36,285 nt of DNA, taken from contig JAYTGY010000192.1 in assembly GCA_043733065.1 (NCBI GenBank), positions 1 through 36,285 of the forward strand, written 5' to 3'. The DNA is from Ferruginibacter sp. GTDB lineage: Bacteria; Bacteroidota; Bacteroidia; Chitinophagales; Chitinophagaceae. The notes beneath the pieces are model-generated. The model was given only the letters and a program-made list of their open reading frames with translations. It was not told the DNA's origin and did not search any database. A program made the position numbers and the translations under genes. This document shows positions 9,450-16,279 of this stretch, one piece after another; the stretch's first letter is position 1; every line of letters starts with the position of its first letter.

Positions 9450-9476
9450 ACGCTGTTGCTAGTTGTAATGAATTTT

Positions 9477-9508
9477 AAAAAACAGCATCGTACAATATGC
9501 TGTTTTTT
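9477..9508 (+). terminator. Intrinsic terminator
   Basis: AAAAAACAGCAT-cgtacaat-ATGCTGTTTTTT. Confidence 0.7.
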
Positions 9509-9542
9509 ATTTTAAAACTCATATTGCATAAAAAAAATAAAA

Positions 9543-9758
9543 ATGAAAAGTGAAATGGATTTAAATAATGATATTTTAAATATGACGATGAAAATACACG
9601 ATGAGTTTCCTGAATTATCGAAGTATATGGCAGAAATGCCTGTAACAATACCAAATGTAGAAAACCCTGAAATGAACACGAAAAACTTACAAGATTATTA
9701 TAATTCATTAGAAAATCTTTTAAAAAAATATACAAAAACACATGTACAAAATAATTAA
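9543..9758 (+). CDS. Small hypothetical protein
   Basis: 71 aa, FPELSKYMAEMPVTIP; A-rich start context, co-oriented and tightly packed with neighbours. Confidence 0.75.
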   Translation: MKSEMDLNNDILNMTMKIHDEFPELSKYMAEMPVTIPNVENPEMNTKNLQDYYNSLENLLKKYTKTHVQNN

Positions 9759-9774
9759 GCTTTAAAAAAATAGT

Positions 9775-10176
9775 ATGAAAATTAATAAACGACTGGGAAT
9801 TTATTTGAATTACCAACAAGCACATCTTATAGAATTTGCAAATAATCCTTTGGAAATAAAAACCATTGAATCGGATTTTACACATGAGGAAAAATTAGAA
9901 ACTATACAAAAGGGAGAAAAAGCGATGCACCATAAAGAACAGCGTGAGCAATTGGCCTATTTTAAAAAAATGGGCGAAGTAATAAGGCACTATGATGAAG
10001 TAATACTTTTTGGACCTACAAAGGCAAAAGATGAGTTACATAATTTACTTATTGCAGATAATCATTTTAGTAAAATAGATCTGCAGGTTGCTAAAACAGA
10101 CGATATCACATTAAAAGAGCAACAAGATTTCGTAATGCATTATTTCTCAAAAAAACTTACGAAACCATCGTTATAA
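9775..10176 (+). CDS. Hypothetical protein, possibly eRF1-domain-2/baeRF/host-attachment-like fold
   Basis: GIYLNYQQAHLI strand, helix YFKKMGEVI, then DEVILFGPTKAKDEL, reminiscent of the 'lil.Gp...k..l' loop of that fold. Confidence 0.6.
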   Translation: MKINKRLGIYLNYQQAHLIEFANNPLEIKTIESDFTHEEKLETIQKGEKAMHHKEQREQLAYFKKMGEVIRHYDEVILFGPTKAKDELHNLLIADNHFSKIDLQVAKTDDITLKEQQDFVMHYFSKKLTKPSL

Positions 10177-10203
10177 ATATTTTTAAAATTTAAAATAAAG
10201 ATT

Positions 10204-10533
10204 ATGTACGAAAATAAAAATACCAAAATGGAAGAAAATCAAGCAGGCAAAGAACATGGTGTTTTTCACCTTGGCTACGATGCTAAAGATGATATTTATA
10301 ACAAAGCAAAAAATGAAGTAGATATTGACCCCGAAAATATTTTACTACAAAAGTTTAAAAATCAAAATAACCAAACAGAACTTGATGACAATGATTTAGG
10401 AAATGGGTTAGATGTGCCTGGAGCGGAATTAGATGATGAGCAAGAAAAGATTGGTACGGAAGATGAAGAAAATAATTATTACAGCTTGGGATTGGATAAT
10501 CATAATGAGTTGTATGAAAATAAAGAAGAGTAA
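10204..10533 (+). CDS. Acidic, hydrophilic hypothetical protein
   Basis: D/E/N-rich; LDVPGAELDDEQEKIGTEDEENNYYSLG. Confidence 0.75.
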   Translation: MYENKNTKMEENQAGKEHGVFHLGYDAKDDIYNKAKNEVDIDPENILLQKFKNQNNQTELDDNDLGNGLDVPGAELDDEQEKIGTEDEENNYYSLGLDNHNELYENKEE

Positions 10534-10617
10534 CAAGCCAATAAAAACACCCGAAGGAAGACTTGAAAGGCTGTAATTATTGAATTGTATAATTATTAAA
10601 TGGAATAATAAAAAAAT

Positions 10618-11082
10618 ATGAAAAAAATATTGATTGCAATAGATTACCACCCAACAGCACAAACTGTTGCAATAAATGGACATGTAATTGCAAAAGCATT
10701 GGGCGCTAATGTAGCACTGCTGCATGTATTAGCAGAAGCTACTTTTTATTCTTCTTCTATCTACGACCCCATAATGGGCTTTGGTGGCTATGCAGATTTT
10801 AGTATGACCTCTATGACGATTGCAGAAAATTTAGAACAAAGCTCTAATCTTTATTTAAATAAAATAAAAACATTTTTGGCAGATGATGAAATAAAAAATT
10901 ATGTAAGAAGTGGCAATTGTGCTGATATAATTATTGAAACTGCTAAAGAATTAGAAGCAGAAATGATAGTAATGGGTTCACATAGTCAAAAATGGCTGGA
11001 ACATTTAATAATAGGAAGTGTGACCCAAAATGTATTGCAACACATTCAAATACCACTGTATATTATCCCTACAAAAAAATAG
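10618..11082 (+). CDS. Universal stress protein (USP)
   Basis: KKILIAIDY, LLHV, MIVMGSHS...IIGSVTQNVLQHIQIPLYIIP. Confidence 0.93.
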   Translation: MKKILIAIDYHPTAQTVAINGHVIAKALGANVALLHVLAEATFYSSSIYDPIMGFGGYADFSMTSMTIAENLEQSSNLYLNKIKTFLADDEIKNYVRSGNCADIIIETAKELEAEMIVMGSHSQKWLEHLIIGSVTQNVLQHIQIPLYIIPTKK

Positions 11083-11100
11083 TTTTACAATTTAAAAATA

Positions 11101-11165
11101 TGCGAATTATATAACGAATACAAAGAATTGTATAATAAGTATGCGAATTAAAAAAGGGAGTTTTG
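11101..11165 (+). promoter_or_regulatory. Regulon motif copy 5 plus -7-like box
   Basis: TGCGAATTATATAACGAATACAAAGAATTGTATAAT (11101-11136); GAGTTTTG at 11158 (offset 57). Confidence 0.8.
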
Positions 11166-11183
11166 CAATAAATAATTATAAAA

Positions 11184-11618
11184 ATGAAAAAGATACTTTT
11201 AAACTTTTCTGTTATTTTATTTATAACAATTAGTGCAAATATAAGTTGCAATTCTCCTGAGCAAAATGTAGAAAAAGCAGAAAAAAATGCGAAAGAAGCT
11301 AATAGAAAATTGGATGTAGCCAATGCAAATTATCTTAACGACATTGAAGTGTATAGAACAGAAACGGGTAAAAGAATAGCAGAAAACACACAAAGCTTAG
11401 CAGACTTTAATGCAAGGATTGCAAACCAAAAACAAAATGTTAAAGAAAAGTACGAAAGAAAAATTGCTGAACTATCTCAAAAAAATACAGACATGAAAAA
11501 AAGATTAGAAGAGTATAGTGCTGATGGCGATGAAAAATGGCAAGTATTTAAAAATGAATTTACAGCTGAAATGTATGACCTAGGGAATTCGCTGAGAACT
11601 ATAACAAACACTAAATAA
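11184..11618 (+). CDS. Coiled-coil lipoprotein, hypothetical
   Basis: Signal peptide ending NISC, charged heptad helices, KWQVFKNEF. Confidence 0.8.
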   Translation: MKKILLNFSVILFITISANISCNSPEQNVEKAEKNAKEANRKLDVANANYLNDIEVYRTETGKRIAENTQSLADFNARIANQKQNVKEKYERKIAELSQKNTDMKKRLEEYSADGDEKWQVFKNEFTAEMYDLGNSLRTITNTK

Positions 11619-11620
11619 AA

Positions 11621-11968
11621 ATGAATAACATAAAATACAACGCATGTATTATAGCATGCACAGATTGTGCTACCGCATGTGCTAGGTGCACAACAGCATG
11701 CCTGAATGAAACGGAAGTAAAAATGCTGAGCAAATGTATTATGCTTACACAAGCATGTGCAGATATGTGCCTTGGTGCAGTAAAAGCAATGGCTAGCAGA
11801 AGTGAATTTGCAAAACAAATATGCAAACTATGTGCAGAAATATGTACCGCTTGTGCTAATGAGTGCCAAAAGCATGCACACATGGATCATTGCAAAGAAT
11901 GTGAAGAAGCTTGTAGAATATGTGCCGAAACTTGCATGAGCATGACTAACGCATATTTATATGCATAA
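11621..11968 (+). CDS. Cys-rich four-helix-bundle copper storage protein (DUF326/YhjQ/Csp3-like)
   Basis: 19 Cys in CxxxCxxC spacing, CQKHAHMDHC; no signal peptide. Confidence 0.88.
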   Translation: MNNIKYNACIIACTDCATACARCTTACLNETEVKMLSKCIMLTQACADMCLGAVKAMASRSEFAKQICKLCAEICTACANECQKHAHMDHCKECEEACRICAETCMSMTNAYLYA

Positions 11969-11981
11969 CACAATAAAAAAG

Positions 11982-12662
11982 ATGAAAAATAATATTATAA
12001 AAGTTCTAGCATTTTTTACAAGTTTATACTTTTTATATACTTGCGATAATAATGGAAAAAATAATATGAAGCACAATAAGGATAGCAGTGTAGTACATGT
12101 ATCACCTAACGATACAATGATAAATACTGCTAGGCCAATGGAAAATGATATGATGAAATCTATGATGAAAACAATGGCGCAAATAGACAGTGTAAAAATG
12201 ACAAGTAATTTTGATATTGATTTTGCCAATACTATGATGATACACCACCAAGCCGCCATAGATATGAGTGAACTAGAAATAGCTAAAGGAGGAGATGTAA
12301 AAATAATTGATATAGCAAAAAATATTATAAAGTCGCAAAAAGCAGAAATAGCACAATTGAAAAATTTTGTAAGTAATTATAAAATGGATAAAGCAAAGAT
12401 TGATAACTCAGATTCGCAAAGCATATTGGCAGATGCCATGAAAACAATGATGGAGAATATGCACAACATGAAAATGACGGGCAACACAGATGATGACTTT
12501 GTAATGTTGATGATAACACACCATGCAAGTGCTGTAAAAATGGCTAAGGATGAAATTGCTTATGGAAAAGAAAGTAGCGTAAAAAAAATGGCACAGAAAA
12601 TAATTATTGATCAAAACAAAGAAATAGCCACGTTTGTAGCATGGAGTACAAAATTAAAATAA
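11982..12662 (+). CDS. DUF305 / CopM-like Met/His-rich metal-binding protein, probable lipoprotein
   Basis: Two repeats DxDF...MIxHHxxA(I/V)xM...IIxxQxxEI; very Met-rich; N-terminal hydrophobic stretch plus Cys; ATG 11982 preferred over 11961. Confidence 0.88.
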   Translation: MKNNIIKVLAFFTSLYFLYTCDNNGKNNMKHNKDSSVVHVSPNDTMINTARPMENDMMKSMMKTMAQIDSVKMTSNFDIDFANTMMIHHQAAIDMSELEIAKGGDVKIIDIAKNIIKSQKAEIAQLKNFVSNYKMDKAKIDNSDSQSILADAMKTMMENMHNMKMTGNTDDDFVMLMITHHASAVKMAKDEIAYGKESSVKKMAQKIIIDQNKEIATFVAWSTKLK

Positions 12663-12665
12663 ACA

Positions 12666-13067
12666 ATGGAAACGACTATAAACGAAATAGCGGTAGAACG
12701 AAATGGAGCTGAAAGAGTGATAGATGCTACTATGGTGCATGTAAATCTTCCTCATTTTATAAAGCAAATAAGAGAAGAAGATACTTGGCATAAAAATGAC
12801 AGGAATGCCATTACACTTTTAAAAACAAATTTTTTACGTATTATACTTATAGCATTGCATAAAGGTGCCATACTAAAAAAGCATAGCGTACCACAAATGC
12901 TGTGTGTGCATGTACTAGAAGGTAAAATGCAATTTATAACCGATGTGCAAACGGTTGAATTGAGGAGTGGGGATATGATAAGCTTATACGAAGGCATAGA
13001 ACACACTGTTGTTGCCACAGAAGAAACGGTGTTTTTATTAACGCTTACAGGCACGCATCAAAATTAA
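12666..13067 (+). CDS. Cupin-domain protein
   Basis: LKKHSVP...VHVLEG...GIEHTVVATEETVFLLT. Confidence 0.85.
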   Translation: METTINEIAVERNGAERVIDATMVHVNLPHFIKQIREEDTWHKNDRNAITLLKTNFLRIILIALHKGAILKKHSVPQMLCVHVLEGKMQFITDVQTVELRSGDMISLYEGIEHTVVATEETVFLLTLTGTHQN

Positions 13068-13173
13068 AACAATCGAATTATCACAAGGATTGTCAACCGA
13101 AACAAACATTTACTATTGATTATTTTAAAATGAAGGGTTGACAAGCCTTGTGATATTTTTAAAGATTTACTAT

Positions 13174-13791
13174 ATGAAAAAATACCTTTGTTACATTTTC
13201 ATTTTAATTATTACGTTCAATTATTCGTGCAGCAGCACTACGCAAATAAAAAGTAGCTGGGGCGAAGCGGAGAAAGAAGTGGCTATTGCTAAACTGAACA
13301 AAGTATTGGTTGTAGCACTCTTTAATACCGAAACCAGTAATAGAAATGCAGAAGACCAAATGGTAAAATACCTTGATGGAAAGGGTGTGGTATCGTACAA
13401 TTATTTTAATGCAAATTTTAATAGGAAAGATGCTTTTGCTATTAGAGAAAAAATAAATGCAGATGGTTTTGATGGCGCTGTTACCATGCGGTTAATTGAT
13501 GTGGACAAAGAAGTGACCTATGTGCCTGGCAATATTGCTACATACCCAAAATACTTTTATTCTTTTAGCGATTATTATTTTAGAAGTTACAATTATTATC
13601 AAACCCCGGGCAATTATGTAAGCACAAAAACTTATACAGTAGAAACAAATGTATATTCTATAAAAGAAAATAAAATAATATGGACAGGGCTTACAGAAAC
13701 CACTAACCCCGATGGTGTAAAAAAAATGACGGCTGAAATATCAAAAGTTATTTACAACAAAATGATGAAGCAAGGTTTTATTAGCAAATAA
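13174..13791 (+). CDS. Lipoprotein of unknown function (DUF4136-like)
   Basis: Signal peptide ending YSC; Tyr-rich loop, VETNVY...IIWTG; ATG 13174 preferred over TTG 13138. Confidence 0.75.
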   Translation: MKKYLCYIFILIITFNYSCSSTTQIKSSWGEAEKEVAIAKLNKVLVVALFNTETSNRNAEDQMVKYLDGKGVVSYNYFNANFNRKDAFAIREKINADGFDGAVTMRLIDVDKEVTYVPGNIATYPKYFYSFSDYYFRSYNYYQTPGNYVSTKTYTVETNVYSIKENKIIWTGLTETTNPDGVKKMTAEISKVIYNKMMKQGFISK

Positions 13792-13823
13792 AATTATTTA
13801 ATCAATTATAAACAAACATAAAC

Positions 13824-14054
13824 ATGAAAAATGTAATCTTAATTATCGCCATTTTATTTGCATCTGTAAATACTTCTTTAGCGCAAGTAAAACAAAATAG
13901 TTCTCACAAAGAGCATCATCCAAACAATAGAGCAAAAAAATATACTTGCCCTATGCACCCAGAGGTAGTAAGAAATAGGCCAGGCAAATGCCCAATATGT
14001 GGCATGCAATTGGTAAAAATAAAACATAAAAACATGGGAAAAATGGATAGGTAA
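13824..14054 (+). CDS. Secreted single heavy-metal-binding-domain (HMBD) protein
   Basis: Signal peptide (SLA/Q); YTCPMHPEV...[12 protein letters not shown]. Confidence 0.88.
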   Translation: MKNVILIIAILFASVNTSLAQVKQNSSHKEHHPNNRAKKYTCPMHPEVVRNRPGKCPICGMQLVKIKHKNMGKMDR

Positions 14055-14087
14055 ATTTTAGCTAAAATAAATTTGTGAGCATATTAT

Positions 14088-14127
14088 AAAAAAGAGTAAA
14101 AGTTTAATGACTTTTATTCTTTTTTTT
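14088..14127 (+). terminator. Intrinsic terminator
   Basis: AAGAGTAAAAGT-ttaatg-ACTTTTATTCTT followed by a T-run. Confidence 0.65.
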
Positions 14128-14234
14128 GCCTCGCAAATCAGTGAATTGTACAACATATTAAAAATAAATACTAGGTAAGTTTTTTAATAGACTAACTTCA
14201 ACAAATATTAAATAGGTTTAAAACCAACCAAAGC

Positions 14235-14576
14235 ATGGATATTGTAGAGTTAGAAAAAGAAAAAGCACATATTGTTGTAAAAATAATAGAATATATACCC
14301 AATGCGGTAGTAAGCAAAACGATTATAAAAAAATTAACTGGTAATGTTACCGCTTCATCGTTTGATGCCGGAGAGGAGTTGGCTGAAAAAACTTCTCCAT
14401 TTGATAATTATATACAAATAATTGACGGAGCAGCAGATATAACGATCAATAATAAAATGCACCACTTAACATTGGGCGAGGGCATAATTATTCCTGCAAA
14501 TGCATCGCATGTGTTTAATGCAAAAGAGCAGTTCAAAATGATATCTACCATAATAAAAAGTGGGTACGAAGATTGA
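14235..14576 (+). CDS. Cupin-domain protein
   Basis: VSKTIIKKLTGNVTASSFDAGEEL...QIIDG...IIIPANASH; first metal-binding His replaced by Lys (AEKTSP). Confidence 0.85.
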   Translation: MDIVELEKEKAHIVVKIIEYIPNAVVSKTIIKKLTGNVTASSFDAGEELAEKTSPFDNYIQIIDGAADITINNKMHHLTLGEGIIIPANASHVFNAKEQFKMISTIIKSGYED

Positions 14577-14685
14577 TTTTTTGATTAATTTTACAGTATC
14601 CAACATTTCTTTTCTATATCCTACTACAAAAATTTTATATAACTAAAGCTATTGCTATTATTTATAAATTAAGTAAGCTAAACAA

Positions 14686-15246
14686 ATGAAACTCTACATT
14701 AAAAACATGGTAAGCATACGCTGCAAAATGTTGGTGAAGGAGGAGTTGCAAAAGCTTGGCTTACACTTTACCAATGTAAACTTAGGTGAAGTAACGGTTA
14801 TGGAAAACATAACATATGCACAAAGAGATGCATTAAAAAATGCGTTGCATTTATCTGGCTTAGAGCTTATGGATGATAAGCGTGCTATGCTTATTGAAAA
14901 AATAAAAAACGTAGTGATAGAAATGATACACTATGCAGATGATTTACCAAAAACAAATTTTTCTGATTACTTGGCAGAAAAATTAGATTATGATTACACC
15001 TATCTTTCCAATCTTTTTTCTGAAACCCAAGCCACCACCATAGAGCATTTTATTATTGTGCATAAAATAGAAAAAGTAAAAGAATTAATTACCTACGACG
15101 AACTTAACCTTACCGAAATAGCCTACAAGCTGCATTACAGCAGCGTTGCGCACCTCTCCCACCAATTTAAAAAAATTACAGGTTTAACTCCTTCATTTTT
15201 TAAACACCTAAAAAACAAAAAACGCAATACCATCGATAATCTGTGA
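14686..15246 (+). CDS. AraC-family transcriptional regulator 1 (HMA-like N-domain)
   Basis: YLSNLFSE...KIEKVKELI...LTEIAYKLHYSSVAHLSHQFKKITGLTPSFF; N-terminal IKNMVSIRC. Confidence 0.93.
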   Translation: MKLYIKNMVSIRCKMLVKEELQKLGLHFTNVNLGEVTVMENITYAQRDALKNALHLSGLELMDDKRAMLIEKIKNVVIEMIHYADDLPKTNFSDYLAEKLDYDYTYLSNLFSETQATTIEHFIIVHKIEKVKELITYDELNLTEIAYKLHYSSVAHLSHQFKKITGLTPSFFKHLKNKKRNTIDNL

Positions 15247-15305
15247 ATTATATAACACTTTTATTTTATTGTATAACGATAGACATTTTTAAAAGTTGAC
15301 CTTTA
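15242..15305 (+). promoter_or_regulatory. Regulon motif copy 6 plus -7-like box (csbD promoter)
   Basis: TGTGAATTATATAACACTTTTATTTTATTGTATAAC (15242-15277), overlapping the araC1 stop codon; GACCTTTA at 15298 (offset 56). Confidence 0.85.
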
Positions 15306-15344
15306 TATAGTTGTAAAAATAATTTTACACATTAAAATCGTATT

Positions 15345-15530
15345 ATGAATAGGACAGCGCTTATAGGAAATTGGGAGGAGCAGAAAGGTAAACTAAAACA
15401 AAAGTTTGCAATATTAACCGATAATGATGTATTACTTATTGAAGGAAAAAAAGAAGAAATGATGGGTAGGCTTCAAATAAAATTGGGTAAAACAAAAGAA
15501 GAATTACATAAACTCATTTCGGCATTATAA
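15345..15530 (+). CDS. csbD: CsbD/YjbJ-family general stress protein
   Basis: GNWEEQKGKLKQKFAILTDND...GKKEEMMGRLQIKLGKTKEE. Confidence 0.92.
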   Translation: MNRTALIGNWEEQKGKLKQKFAILTDNDVLLIEGKKEEMMGRLQIKLGKTKEELHKLISAL

Positions 15531-15554
15531 TTTAAAATAGGGGGCTATTCCAAT

Positions 15555-15590
15555 ACCGTTTAGTAGAAAATTTCTGCTAAGCGGTTTCTT
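15555..15590 (+). terminator. Intrinsic terminator after csbD
   Basis: ACCGTTTAGTAGAA...TTCTGCTAAGCGGT stem (with G-U pairs) followed by TTCTT. Confidence 0.7.
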
Positions 15591-15679
15591 GGTTTTAAAG
15601 ATTTTTTTTCTTGTAGTTGCTTATTACACAAACTAACAAATAAATATTTCATTTTTTATTTTCTACTCATAATTTTTTT

Positions 15680-16240
15680 TTGAAAATACATATAAAATAC
15701 ATGGTAAGTGCTCGATGCAAAATGGTTGTAAAAGATGCACTGAAAGCAATGGGGCTACACTTTGTAATGGTGGAGCTTGGTGAGGTGGACATTATGGAAA
15801 ACATTACCACTGCACAAAGAGCACAATTAGGTATAGAATTAAAAGATGCAGGGCTAGAGCTTATGGAAGATAAACGAGCCATTTTATTAGAAAAAATAAA
15901 GCTTGCTATTATAGATATTGTACACCATAGAGAAGAAGATACAAAACTAAATTTTTCGCATTATTTAAGCGAAAAATTAGACTATGATTATACTCACTTA
16001 GCCAATATTTTTTCTGAAGCAAGCGGTACTACCATTGAGCAATACATGATAGCTCAAAAAATAGAACGTATAAAAGAACTCATAACATACGGCGAACTAA
16101 ATATTACAGAAATAGCTTGGAAAATGAACTATAGTAGTGTAGCACATTTAAGCAACCAATTTAAAAAAGTAACAGGACTTTCTCCATCGCATTTTAGAAA
16201 CATAAAAATTAAGAAAAGAAACATGATAGAAGAAATATGA
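15680..16240 (+). CDS. AraC-family transcriptional regulator 2 (TTG start)
   Basis: Same length as regulator 1 and colinear with it (114/186 identical by hand count); YSSVAHLSNQFKKVTGLSPS. Confidence 0.93.
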   Translation: MKIHIKYMVSARCKMVVKDALKAMGLHFVMVELGEVDIMENITTAQRAQLGIELKDAGLELMEDKRAILLEKIKLAIIDIVHHREEDTKLNFSHYLSEKLDYDYTHLANIFSEASGTTIEQYMIAQKIERIKELITYGELNITEIAWKMNYSSVAHLSNQFKKVTGLSPSHFRNIKIKKRNMIEEI

Positions 16241-16279
16241 CCATTTAACAAAATAAATTATTAAAAATAATTAATAAAA

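Noticed and set aside
10579-10593. Half-site-like ATTGAATTGTATAAT upstream of USP
   Set aside because: No partner half-site, and the expected -7 position falls on the start codon
15623-15632. Reverse half-site TTTGTGTAAT upstream of araC2
   Set aside because: Single, inverted and short; expected by chance in AT-rich DNA
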